A DNA stretch of 64,000 nucleotides from Macrostomum lignano. Taxonomy: Eukaryota. Location of the stretch: contig NIVC01000033.1 in assembly GCA_002269645.1 (NCBI GenBank), positions 423,335 to 487,334 of the forward strand. Reading direction: 5' to 3'. Every line of letters begins with the position of its first letter. Position 1 is the stretch's first letter. The notes below the pieces were generated by a model that had not been told where the DNA came from, did not search any database, and was given only the letters and a program-made list of their open reading frames with translations. The translations under genes were made by a program, and so were the position numbers. Shown piece by piece: positions 12,101 through 23,245 of the stretch.

Positions 12101-15100
12101 AGCTCTAGACAACAGAGACAAGCTCTAGACAACAGAGACAAGCTCTAAACAAGAGAGACAAGCTCTAGACAATAGAGACGAGCTCTAAACAAGAGAGACA
12201 AGCTCTAGACAACAGAGACGAGCTCTAAACAACAGAGACAAGCTCTAGACAACAGAGACGAGCTCTAAACAACAGAGACGAGCTCTAAACAACAGAGACA
12301 AGCTCTAGACAACAGAGACGAGCTCTAAACAACAGAGACAAGCTCTAGACAACAGAGACAAGCTCTAGACAATAGAGACAAGCTCTAGACAACAGAGACG
12401 AGCTCTAAACAACAGAGACAAGCTCTAGACAACAGAGACGAGCTCTAAACAACAGAGACAAGCTCTAGACGACAGTGACAAGCTCTAGACAACAATATTG
12501 GCTATAGTTTATTAGTGCATTATAATAGTATACTCCAATGCTGCCTTTTGTAAATTGGGTTAAAAACTATTCAAGATTCCTACTAAAGTTTCTCAGAGCG
12601 AAAAGTAATCATTAATCAGCATTAAATTTATAGGCCTGCTCAGTAGCAGTGCGCTCATTAAATATATATGGATATTTTTAAAACTAAAAAAAAAACTATT
12701 TTTAAAACGTGCAGTCCGACAGTACTACTCCACATAAAACGCGGTTCATACTACTCATGAAAAACTATTTGCATGAGCCATGCCTGCTATTGTCAGTCAA
12801 GAGAGTCTCAGTTACTGCCGCGTATTAATCGATAGCATTTGCATTGATGAACATGTGACATGCGTCATTAGCTGTTTGTCTGACTTTCGATCCGCTTAAC
12901 GCTTTGCAGTCCACGTCTCTTTCTTGCCGCCCCCAGTCTGTGTTGGTGTTATTTCGAGTACATGATGTTATACATGATCTTTTGCTTGAAGAAGCGACCG
13001 CATTGTTTCTATCATAATTAATAACATTGTGTAAAGCAATTAATTAAATGTTGTGAATCTTCTTTTTAACCTATTTGTTTTACTCACCGCTGATAGGGTC
13101 TCAGATTGAGGTTGTCGCAAACCTTCCGCTAAACAACAGCCCACTTCTAACCTTGTATTTCAGGGGTACCTCCTCGGAGTTGAGTGATGCTTCACTCCGT
13201 GGAATTGCAAGATAATTTAGTTTGAAATTTCCAGTTAAATTTCAAGGGTCTCCTCTCTGAAAATGATTGATAATACTGCACAGACAACGGCATTACTGAG
13301 AGCATTCGATGTCTCATAGAATTTCCTCGATTTTGTTTTAATGCACCGGTTGTTCACGCGTGCTTTCGTCCCGTCACGTCGGTTTAGATACTTGTTTTGC
13401 TGATCAGCTGCAGCGAAGCCCTTAAGGTGTAAAATATGCCAGGAACCTTTCAGGGGCTGGCGGTAGCACCGGGCAGCAGCGCCCAGCAGTGTGGCGTACG
13501 CAGAGGGGGGCAAGAGGGGGCAGAGGGGGCAGAGGGCAGATGGGGCAGAGGGGGCAGAGGGGGCAGAGGGCAGAGGGGCAGAGGGCAGAGGGCAGAGGGG
13601 GCAGAGGGGGCAGAGGGCAGAGGGGGCAGAGGGCAGAGGGGGCAGAGGGGGCAGAGGGCAGATGGGCAGAGGGGGCAGAGGGGGCAGAGGGTGCAGAGGG
13701 GGCAGAGGGGGTAGAGGGGCAGAGGAGGCAGAGGGGGGCAGAGGGGGGCAGAGGGGCAGAGGAGGCAGAGGGGGCAGAGGGGGGCAGAGGGGCTGAGGAG
13801 GCAGAGGGGGGCAGAGGGGCTGAGGAGGCAGAGGGGGCAGAGGGGGCAGAGGGGCAGAGGAGGCAGAGGGGGGCAGAGGGGGGCAGAGGGGCTGAGGAGG
13901 CAGAGGGGGCAGAGGGGGCAGAGGGGGCAGAGGAGGCAGAGGGGCAGAGGGGGCAGAGGGGGCAGAGGGGGCAGAGGGGGCAGAGGGGCAGAGGAGGCAG
14001 AGGGGGGCAGAGGGGGGGCAGAGGGGGGCAGAGGGGGCAGAGGGGCTGAGGAGGCAGAGGGGGGCAGAGGGGGGCAGGGGGCAGAGGAGGCAGAGGGGGC
14101 AGAGGGGGGGCAGAGGGGCCGGTGGGCTCCTTCAAACTCCAAATGAAAGAGGCAGCAAAGTTCGAACTTTACCACCTCTTGGACTTGGCATCCACCGGCC
14201 CAGAGGACAGGGGCGCTCACCAATGTACAGGGGCGCCAACCAGGACCCCGAATACTGGCGCCATTTAGGTTAGGGTCCAATTAAAATCCCTGCATACGCC
14301 ACCAGGCGCTTAGATCTTTGTTTTACTTTTCAACATCGATGTTGTGTCTCGCATAAGCGTAGAAATGTAGATTTACACTCGCAATATGATTATGAATGAG
14401 TAGTTTAGTATTTACAATTTTCACTTTCGTGCACCGTATTTTCTGTCTTGGCCGTCCTGCAGACTGAAATATGCTGCTCGGCTCATCGTCCATTTGCCCC
14501 GACATCAGTTTCCATACATGTGCGCAAAATTCAGCCGTAAGAACTCGCCAAAATTGCTCATTGCTCCTTTGTCTACTTTTGGATATCGGGGAATAAATTC
14601 CTCATATTGGTGACGGTCAGATTTCTAATTTTGCTCATTTCCACGGGAATCCGGCCCCTCAAGGATGCGTTGGTGTACCAGAAATTTTATTCAGAGGCAC
14701 CGCTCAGACACGGAAGCACCGGTGGCTGTAGAGGCACTTTCACCAGCAGACTTTGGTTTCCATGCACTATTATTAGTTACTGACGCTCTGCGCCAGCTGC
14801 CGCCTCTCGCAATACGGCACGAGGTCACTGCAGCTGGCTTTGCGATGCGCACAAGCTTGTTTTAGCCAATTGGCTTCCTTAAACTGGGCCTGCATCGCGA
14901 GACCAGGTTATAAGCACCTTGGCAACACGAATTCTAACTGTACATATTTCCACCTGCCGCGGCACCCCTCAGGTCGCGGTCAGCGGTCCGACGACTCGGT
15001 GACCAGCAGCTACCAAAATCATCATCAGCAGTCCGGCCGCCAGATGCCGCCTCGAAGCGGCTCCACTGCGCGCCAGCAACCGCTCAACCCAAAGCAGCAG

Positions 15101-15388
15101 CAGCAGCAGCAACAACAACAACAACAACAGCAGAAGCAGCAACAACAACAGCTGCAGTTTCAACAACAACAACAACAACAGCAGCAGCAGCAGCCGCAGA
15201 AGCAGCAGCAGTCCCAGTCCCTATCGGCACCGCGGCCCGAGCTGTCTCAGGCGATGCGTGCCACTTCGCTGGAGTCGCGTTCGAAAACGCCCTCGCCGTC
15301 GAACTCGCCGCCCCCGCTGTCGCAGCCGGTGCCGATGCTGCAGCAGCAGTCGCGCCCAGCGCAAACCTTTCAGCATCCGCAGTACCTT

Positions 15389-15436
<48 letters not shown>

Positions 15437-16405
15437 CAACAACAGCTCGCAGCGGCAGCAGCAGCGAGGAAGCCTCCACCACCAAGCAGCTTGAACCTGC
15501 GCCTGCCAGACGACCACGACCGGATGCCGCACGTCCTGCCGTCGCCGACGGTTCAAACTGGCGTCGCTGGCGCCACCGGCGGCCGGCACGGATTTTGTTC
15601 GCCGTCTGGCATCAACTTTCCTCGGCTGAACGCGTCACCGTCTCGACCACCAACACCGCCGTCAATGTCGCCGACGCCGTCGCTGTCCTCGCCGACGCAG
15701 TTTGGGCAGCTGCACCACCGACGACGACAGAGTCGCCGACTCAGGAGGTTGGACCGGGTGCCCAGTCCGCCGCCCGAGCAGCTTCTAGATGATCTCAACG
15801 AGTTCGACGTCGTCATGGAGGAGTACGAGATGGGCGGCATTTCCGGGTCACTTGTTGACGAGGAGCTCGACGCGGAGGTCGACCAGCTCGAACCGGACGA
15901 GGACCTGATGGTTGAAGAGTCGATAGCTTCCGACGCCGACCTACGCCTGGTCATCGACGCTTCAATGGTCGAAGCGGGTGACTACGACGACATGTCACCG
16001 CCCATGATGCCGCGGGCGAGGCGGTCGGTGCAGCAGCCGCAGATGTACCATCGGCAGTCGCAGCCCTATCGGCACCCGGCGCCGCCGTCCCGTGGATATC
16101 AGGCGGCCGCCGAGCGGCACCCCGCCTACCCTCCGTCCTTCAACTCAAGCCGTCATCAAAGCTCTCTCGGCGGAGCGGCCTTGCGATCGTCGCAGGCCTC
16201 CGCAGCCGGTCTGCCGCCGCCGCAGCCGCATCCGGCGAACTTCCCGATGCCATTGGCGCCGCCACCGCCGCCGCCGCGCAGACATCAGCAGCAGCAGCAG
16301 CAGCAGCGGTACCCGTTCTATGTAGCCTCTGGTCGACCGGCGGCCATGACGATGTCGGCACGTACAGTCGAGGCCCCGGATGATGAGGGGGCTTACTGGT
16401 GCTAG
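196..16405 (+). CDS. Cav2: Voltage-gated calcium channel alpha1 subunit, Cav2 type (cacophony/UNC-2/CACNA1A-B-E family), 3' half; 5' part lies outside the window
   Basis: Phase-consistent exons: 196-397 (IIIS6, [18 protein letters not shown]), 835-999 (III-IV linker, IVS1), 2029-2139 or 3282-3437 (IVS2), 4459-4542 (IVS3), 4844-5738 (IVS4 [13 protein letters not shown], pore [12 protein letters not shown]6, EF-hand, pre-IQ) and 6657-6757 (IQ). The IQ region [15 protein letters not shown] is Cav2-type rather than Cav1-type. Less certain exons: 6987-7046, 8550-8662, 9242-9350. Then 11077-11323 ([13 protein letters not shown]) and terminal exon 14973-16405 ending in WC-stop. Confidence 0.95.
1131..1640. 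repeat. About 39-40 bp C-rich intronic minisatellite
   Basis: Unit CACCCACCTCACTCCCGTCCCCACGACCCTTGATTTCTA, about 12-13 copies, in a Cav2 intron. Confidence 0.95.
2029..2139 (+). CDS. Cav2 alternative exon A (IVS1-S2 loop plus IVS2, short loop)
   Basis: ttttcag|TTC...AGG|gtaagc, 111 nt, phase 0-0. Encodes [37 protein letters not shown]. Confidence 0.85.
3282..3437 (+). CDS. Cav2 alternative exon B (IVS1-S2 loop plus IVS2, long loop)
   Basis: gtgcag|TAC...AAG|gtacat, 156 nt, phase 0-0. Encodes [52 protein letters not shown]. Confidence 0.85.
4606..4779. repeat. 44-bp tandem repeat (3 copies) followed by (CCAGA)n
   Basis: GATCACACC starts at 4606, 4650, 4694 and 4738. Confidence 0.9.
9515..10150 (+). 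repeat. 57-bp in-frame tandem repeat, 11 units (GG[F/V][16 protein letters not shown]); possibly coding
   Basis: Perfect 57-nt period with no indels, inside ORF 9485-10222. A degenerate 12th unit continues in frame. Confidence 0.9.
11517..12496. repeat. 20-bp minisatellite
   Basis: Unit GACAAGCTCTAGACAACAGA, about 48 copies, in a Cav2 intron. Confidence 0.95.
13487..14305. mobile_element. Degenerate hAT-like MITE enclosing the G-rich repeat
   Basis: Inverted termini GTGGCGTACGCAG (13491) and CTGCATACGCCAC (14290-14302). Flanks GCGCCCAG and GCGCTTAG match 6/8 as a possible 8-bp TSD. Confidence 0.45.
13501..14117. repeat. (GGGGGCAGA)n-type purine-rich microsatellite
   Basis: Runs of G3-G7 separated by CAGA over about 600 bp. 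Confidence 0.95.
15094..15445 (+). repeat. CAG/CAA polyglutamine tracts in the Cav2 terminal exon
   Basis: Q13-K-Q5-LQF-Q11 at 15094-15200 and 15 uninterrupted CAG codons at about 15389-15433. Confidence 0.9.
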
Positions 16406-18194
16406 GGCTTTTGCGACTCAAAAATCCATTAACAGATACTCCAGCCCATTTGAGAGGCGCGTGCTAAAGCCTGGCGTTTGAAATTGAAATAAGCAAAGCT
16501 TAAATATCGAATGGCATTCGTGACAGAATACAAAGGCCGAGCGCATTCACCACCTCATCAGACGCGATCCAGGCTCCCGCACTCGCCCGATGCTGTTTCT
16601 TGGAGAGGCAATTATAGCTAAATTTGCATAGAAAATTGCTAAAGTATTAACTAAAAACCATTTTCAAAAACCCATCTGCATCCATCTACTACGATGTAAA
16701 CTGGTTGTTGCTTTGGCATCTGAGGTTTCACGCGCTTTGCCATTAATTAGCAGCCAAATAAAAATTGATTCCTTGCTGATCTTGTTTCCCAATTCTGCGT
16801 TGATAAACTTGGCATTAATCCAACTGTTCCTAGCGGCTTCAGTTTCTGCTTGCGCTGCTGCTCCAATAAGCAATCTAGTTCAACTTGCGACTGCATTCAT
16901 CACCATATTCATAGCCAGCATCTTCTCATTCTGTGTTTCTGGTCAAACTATAAAAAAGTATTTTCGCATTGTTATAACAAAAACTGTTTCTCGTATTTTT
17001 TCTCTTGCTTGCTAATCTGCTAATCTGCGTACAATAAATAATCCCTTGTCAGCCAATAGTCGCTAGACTGTGCGGACGGCTTATCGCGTGTATAAAAATG
17101 CTCCCCTTATCCCCCCGCCGCATGCACAGTCCAGGTGTGAAAATGAAAGTCGCACGTCTTTCCGTTTTGCATTGGCTAGGTTTGGACACTGCTAACTAAT
17201 TACCTATGCTAATTAGCCTGCGCGTACATAGGAATATTGTCTTGTTTTGAGCAGCCATGTATTTTATATAATTAATATGCCGCTAAACACTTTCCTTCTG
17301 CCAATTCGAGTATGAATATACAAGCGGGACGCTGGACTCGGGCTGCATCAGGTTGGCATGCCAGAAGCCAACAAGATGCGCTCGAGACACACGCGTCCCT
17401 CACTACTAGCAGTAAGCAGCAGCAATCCCAATAGAGAGTTTTTTCATTGCTTATTGATAACGCATTACTGAAACCGATATAGCAAGCCCTGATTTTCTAT
17501 TTTCCAGTTTAATAAAAGTCTTACCTGTTCATATTGGGCGGCGATTGATAAAAGTTCTGCTAAATATATGCATAAGCCGACTATAAATTCACTAATAATA
17601 ACTGCATTGGTATATACTAGCATATAGCATGAACTTGCATTGTCTGTCTCTCTCTTATTTACTCAAAGCAATAAAATTATAAAATAGTTAGTTTAATTAA
17701 AATCGCAATTTATTATTTGATATTATTACTAAGCGATCAGGATTATAAATTGCTCCAGGTCTTATTATTTAGGTAATATAATTATAATAACACAGTACAG
17801 ATTTTTTCAGTTACTGGTAGATGGAATGTTAAAGCCAGGTGCTGATGGCACAGCCTGAACAGCCCAGATTGGTATAAATTTAGCAGTTACAACGTACACA
17901 AAAGTACACAACTCCCTCTTAGAAACTTTGTAAAACAGATATTTACAAATACAGCCAAAAGCCTATTAGTTTGAAAAGTTTTTCGAATTTTTAAGCAATA
18001 TTGTCTGTTTAGGCTACTACTTTTAACAAAAGTAGCATGATGTGCGTTTACGAAAAAACACATTTTTAGTAGTGAATAAGCAAGAGGGAATGATGAGGCG
18101 AAGGAGAGCAGCATGGTTACACTAGATAAACACACGAGTCACAAGCAGACTTAAACAAGTAAACTTGGTAACATTTCTTTCCTACAACGCCAGG

Positions 18195-19750
18195 GTCAAT
18201 TCAAGTCCCAACAACAGAATCCCGAGTCCCAATTCAAGTCCCAACAACAGAAGGCCGAGTCCTAATTCAAGTCCCAACAACAGAGTCCCGAGTCCCAATT
18301 CAAGTCCCAACAACAGAGTCCCGAGTCCCAATTCAAGTCCCAACAACAGATTCCCGAGTCCCAATTCAAGTCCCAACAACAGAATCCCGAGTCCCAATTC
18401 AAGTCCCAACAACAGATTCCCGAGTCCCAATTCAAGTCCCAACAACAGAATCCCGAGTCCCAATTCAAGTCCCAACAAAAGGATCCCGAGTCCCAATTCA
18501 AGTCCCAACAACAGAATCCCGAGTCCCAATTCAAGTCCCAACAACAGAATCCCGAGTCCCAATTCAAGTCCCAACAACAGGATCGCGAGTCCCAATTCAA
18601 GTCCCAACAACAGAATCCCGAGTCCCAATTCAAGTCCCAACAACAGAGTCCCGAGTCCCAATTCAAGTCCCAACAAAAGGATCCCGAGTCCCAATTCAAG
18701 TCCCAACAACAGAGTCCCGAGTCCCAATTCAAGTCCCAACAACAGAATCCCGAGTCCCAATTCAAGTCCCAACAACAGGATCGCGAGTCCCAATTCAAGT
18801 CCCAACAACAGAATCCCGAGTCCCAATTCAAGTCCCAACAACAGAATCCCGAGTCCCAATTCAAGTCCCAACAAAAGGATAACGAGTCCCAATTCAAGTC
18901 CCAACAACAGAATCCCGAGTCCCAATTCAAGTCCCAACAAAAGGATCCCGAGTCCCAATTCAAGTCCCAACAACAGAGTCCCGAGTCCCAATTCAAGTCC
19001 CAACAACAGAATCCCGAGTCCCAATTCAAGTCCCAACAACAGGATCGCGAGTCCCAATTCAAGTCCCAACAACAGAGTCCCGAGTCCCAATTCAAGTCCC
19101 AACAACAGAGTCCCGAGTCCCAATTCAAGTCCCAACAACAGAATCCCGAGTCCCAATTCAAGTCCCAACAACAGGATCGCGAGTCCCAATTCAAGTCCCA
19201 ACAACAGAATCCCGAGTCCCAATTCAAGTCCCAACAACAGAGTCCCGAGTCCCAATTCAAGTCCCAACAACAGAATCCCGAGTCCCAATTCAAGTCCCAA
19301 CAACAGAGTCCCGAGTCCCAATTCAAGTCCCAACAACAGAATCCCGAGTCCCAATTCAAGTCCCAACAACAGGATCGCGAGTCCCAATTCAAGTCCCAAC
19401 AACAGAGTCCCGAGTCCCAATTCAAGTCCCAACAACAGAGTCCCGAGTCCCAATTCAAGTCCCAACAACAGAATCCCGAGTCCCAATTCAAGTCCCAACA
19501 ACAGGATCGCGAGTCCCAATTCAAGTCCCAACAACAGAATCCCGAGTCCCAATTCAAGTCCCAACAACAGAGTCCCGAGTCCCAATTCAAGTCCCAACAA
19601 CAGAATCCCGAGTCCCAATTCAAGTCCCAACAACAGAGTCCCGAGTCCCAATTCAAGTCCCAACAACAGAATCCCGAGTCCCAATTCAAGTCCCAACAAC
19701 AGAATCCCGAGTCCCAATTCAAGTCCCAACAACAGAGTCCCGAGTCCCAA
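18195..19750. repeat. 33-bp minisatellite directly 3' of the claudin stop codon
   Basis: Unit AGTCCCAATTCAAGTCCCAACAACAGAATCCCG, about 47 copies, with variants confined to a few positions. Confidence 0.95.
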
Positions 19751-19754
19751 AAGC

Positions 19755-20537
19755 TCAAACGGCGCTGTCGCTCTGCCCGCCGCCGCCGACGCCGCTAAAA
19801 TATCGACCGCCGCCGGCCTCCATAAATTTGTCCTGACCGCTAGCGCCGCCGTAGCCGCCCATCGGCTGGGACGCGGCTGCCGCGCCGATGTCAGGGCCGG
19901 CGTCGGTGACGTCGCTGAAGACGAGCTGCTCCTCGTCCTCCTTGATGTACATCATAGCAAGGAAGCCGACGGTGAAGGTGCAGGCCAGGCAGGCGATGAG
20001 AGCCATGGCGTAGGCGAACCCTAGCCGGTTCTGGTCGGGCCGCGGCATCCAGCGGCGGTCGCGGCTCTGGATGGCCATCACAATGAGCTGGAAGGCGATG
20101 CAGGCGCCGGCTAGCAGGTGGAAAATCGTGTTGGCACGCAGCCAACGCTTTGAGTCGCGATTCAGCACGCGGACAAACTGCGAGCCCATGGCGATGGTGG
20201 ACAGCAGGATGGAGATGAAGGCGACAATGCCCAGCATCTGCACAGCGTAGTACCAGGGTGGGATGAGCCAGCTGCTGATGCGGGAGAACTCCGGGAAGTA
20301 GATGTACCAGCAGCCGAAGTAGGCCTTGGACACGTAGTCTGTGGGGTGCAGGTAGCCGTCAAAGCAGACCTCCCACAGGCCGATGCGCAGGAACTGGCTG
20401 TGATACTCCGGCTGCGACTCCAGCCAGTGCGGCGATACGAAAGCTAAGAAATATGTTACCATGGCAACGCAGCAGAACAGCAGGGCCAGGTGGAACATGA
20501 GGTTGCGCTGCCGGTTGTCCGACTGGAGCGCCTTCAT
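19755..20537 (-). CDS. PMP22/claudin family tetraspan protein, Megatrachea/Pickel-like septate junction claudin
   Basis: Four hydrophobic segments. First loop SPHWLES...GLWEVC...GC...WLIPPWYYAVQ carries the claudin W-GLW-C-C signature. C-terminal class I PDZ ligand DSAV. Single coding exon; an in-frame AG lies 27 nt upstream of the ATG. Confidence 0.88.
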   Translation of the reverse strand: MKALQSDNRQRNLMFHLALLFCCVAMVTYFLAFVSPHWLESQPEYHSQFLRIGLWEVCFDGYLHPTDYVSKAYFGCWYIYFPEFSRISSWLIPPWYYAVQMLGIVAFISILLSTIAMGSQFVRVLNRDSKRWLRANTIFHLLAGACIAFQLIVMAIQSRDRRWMPRPDQNRLGFAYAMALIACLACTFTVGFLAMMYIKEDEEQLVFSDVTDAGPDIGAAAASQPMGGYGGASGQDKFMEAGGGRYFSGVGGGGQSDSAV

Positions 20538-20569
20538 TGTGCAGCAGTTCGGGGTGCGGATGAGCTGGT

Positions 20570-21778
20570 GAATTGAAGCCTAATGGCTATTCCTAATTCG
20601 AAGCCTAAGGGCGATTCCTAATTGAAGTTTAAGGACGATTTCTAATTAAAGCCTAATGGCGATTCCTGATTGAAGCCTAAGGGCGATTTCTAATTGAAGC
20701 CTAAGGGCGATTCCTGATTGAAGCCTAATGGCGATTCCTGATTGAAGCCTAAGGGCGATTTCTAATTGAAGCCTAAGGGCGATTCCTGATTGAAGCCTAA
20801 GGGCGATTTCTAATTAAAGCCTAATGGCGATTCCTGATTGAAGCCTAAGGGCGATTTCTAATTAAAGCCTAATGGCGATTTCTAATTGAAGCCTAAGGGC
20901 GATTCCTAAATTAAGTCTAATGGCAATTCCTAAATGAAGCCTAATGGTGATTCCTAATTGAAGACTAAGAGCGATTTCTAATCGAAGCCTAAGGGAGATT
21001 TCTAATCGAAGCCTAAGGGCGATTTCTAATTGAAGCCTAAGGGCGATTCCAAAATGAAGTCTAATGGCGATTTCTAAATGAAGCCTAATGGCGATTCCTA
21101 AATGAAGTCTAATGGCAATTCCTAAATGAAGCCTAATGGTGATTCCTAATTGAAGTCTAAGAGCGATTTCTAATCGAAGCCTAAAGGAGATTTCTAATCG
21201 AAGCCTAAGGGCGATTTCTAATTGAAGCCTAAGGGCGATTCCAAAATGAAGTCTAATGGTGATTTCTAAATGAAGTCTAAGAGCGATTTCTAATCGAAGC
21301 CTAAGGAAGATTTCTAATTGAAGCCTAAGGGAGATTTCTAATTGAAGCCTAAGGGCGATTCCTAAATGAAGCCTAATGGCGATTCCTAAATGAAGTCTAA
21401 TGGCAATTCCTAAATGAAGCCTAATGGTGATTCCTAATTGAAGTCTAAGAGCGATTTCTAATCGAAGCCTAAGGGCGATTTCTAATTGAAGCCTAAGGGC
21501 GATTCCTAAATGAAGCCTAATGGCGATTCCTAAATGAAGTCTAATGGCAATTCCTAAATGAAGCCTAATGGCGATTCCTAAATGAAGTCTAATGGCAATT
21601 CCTAAATGAAGCCTAATGGTGATTTCTAATTGAAGTCTAAGAGCGATTTCTAATCGAAGCCTAAGGGCGATTTCTAATTGAAGCCTAAGGGCGATTCCTA
21701 AATGAAGCCTAATGGTGATTTCTAATTGAAGTCTAAGAGCGATTTCTAATTGAAGCCTAAGGGCGATTTCTAATTGAG
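20570..21778. repeat. 24-bp minisatellite
   Basis: Unit GAAGCCTAAGGGCGATTTCTAATT, about 50 copies, between PRCC and the claudin. Confidence 0.95.
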
Positions 21779-22129
21779 TTATAAGACAAAAATGCTTTAC
21801 TGCAATCAGCGTTTATTTCGGCAGTTTGAATTCGCGCAAAAATGATGCCACACAACTATTACGACTACAGTAGTTAAAGAGCAATGTTACGAGAAAGCAG
21901 AGTTGCACACAAAATATAATAGATTTCCAGTTCAATAATAGAAAACATTAACGTTTAGCGTGAGAATATATTCCATATTTGCACTATACAAGGACGCCTA
22001 AACTCCCGGTTGCTAAGACTCTTTATTCTATACCGCAAAATATACACGAGGCATACAAAGCAAAAGACACGCTACCCACAGAGACAGAAAATGCAAGCAA
22101 AAAGGTAACCAACTCCATAGTCCGGCCAA

Positions 22130-23245
22130 TCAGAAGCCGTACTTCCTCTGACTGCTTCGCTGATTGAAGCGCGCGTCAGACCAGGAGTTCTTCAGCTCCA
22201 GCTCGCGCTCCTTGGCCTGATAGGCCAGATAGGTGATCTGGTGCTTCCGCTTAGCCAGCGAGCTGGGCTCGGGGCCTTCCGGCTTGCGCCTCGCATCGGC
22301 GCCGGCGTTGCGAGTCAGCTGTTTCGTCAGCTCGAGCTCGGCGCCGGCCACCTGGTCAGACTGTCGGATGTCGATGATTCCGCCGCTGCCAGCGTCAGCG
22401 GCGACGTCGGCGGTGAGCGAGGCGCCGGTGGCCTGGCGGTAGCGGTGCAGCTCGCTGGGCGGCAGGACGGCGCCAAGAAGGCTCTGCTGCTGCGGCAGGT
22501 TGGAGTCGGCAGGCTCCGCGGCAAACGGCGCTTCGTCATCCACCATCGAGGATGTCGCCGCTGGCAGTTTCGGCGCCGGCGGACTCGGTGGCCGGATTGT
22601 CGGCCGCATCGGCGGCACGAAGACGCGCCCGGCGCCCTCGCGGACGGCCAGCGCCTTGGGCTTGGGCAGCTGCGCCAGCAGCGACGTGGCGCCGCGCATC
22701 TGGCCGGCGGCGGCGGCCGACGCTATCCGGCGACGCTTGACCGCGTCCTCGTCGTCTTCATCGTCGTCCTCGTCAGCGCCGTTGGCGGCAGCGCTCGGTT
22801 CCAACAGGAGAAGTCGGCGGCGCTTTTGCTGCAGCAGCAGCTGCTGTTGCTTCTGTCTTTGCTGCTTCTGCTGAGCCAGCGATTCGGCCGCCGCGGCTGC
22901 TGGCTCCGCCGAAGTCCCCGACCCGGATGTCGCTGGCGCCTGGGCAGACGCGGGAACGCGCATTCGCAGATTCTCCTCCACAGTGTCGTCCGCGGCTGCC
23001 ATCGCGGCCAGGCCATCGGCTGCCTCGTCGCCGCCACCGCCCGCCGCCTCCTGCTGGCGCTCCGCATCGTTCTGGACTGCTTCGGCTTCGTCATCGGAAA
23101 TGACGGGCGCCTCCTCGGTGTCAGTGCCTGCCGGCTCCTCTGCTGCCTGCCTGGCTGAAGATTCCTTCTCCTCCTGTTTCTGCTGCTGCTGCTGCTCAGC
23201 GTCTGACTCGGACTCCGAGTCACTGTTCTCGTACTCCACAAGCAT
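22130..23245 (-). CDS. PRCC: Proline-rich protein PRCC homolog (spliceosome-associated), single exon, 371 aa
   Basis: N-terminal MLVEYENSDSESE and diagnostic C-terminal RKHQITYLAYQAKERELELKNSW...KYGF. Confidence 0.93.
   Translation of the reverse strand: MLVEYENSDSESESDAEQQQQQKQEEKESSARQAAEEPAGTDTEEAPVISDDEAEAVQNDAERQQEAAGGGGDEAADGLAAMAAADDTVEENLRMRVPASAQAPATSGSGTSAEPAAAAAESLAQQKQQRQKQQQLLLQQKRRRLLLLEPSAAANGADEDDDEDDEDAVKRRRIASAAAAGQMRGATSLLAQLPKPKALAVREGAGRVFVPPMRPTIRPPSPPAPKLPAATSSMVDDEAPFAAEPADSNLPQQQSLLGAVLPPSELHRYRQATGASLTADVAADAGSGGIIDIRQSDQVAGAELELTKQLTRNAGADARRKPEGPEPSSLAKRKHQITYLAYQAKERELELKNSWSDARFNQRSSQRKYGF

Noticed and set aside
13422-14280. Gly/Arg/Glu-rich and Pro/Leu/Cys-rich ORFs
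   Set aside because: These are translations of the G-rich microsatellite with irregular unit lengths and no splice support.
18165-20024. 619-aa SPNSSPNNRIP ORF and the antisense Leu/Gly and Trp/Cys repeat ORFs
   Set aside because: The 33-bp unit is a multiple of 3 and stop-free in three frames, so long ORFs arise automatically. The + ORF lacks a true ATG and runs antisense into the claudin. The claudin frame itself stops again within the first unit, so readthrough is not supported.
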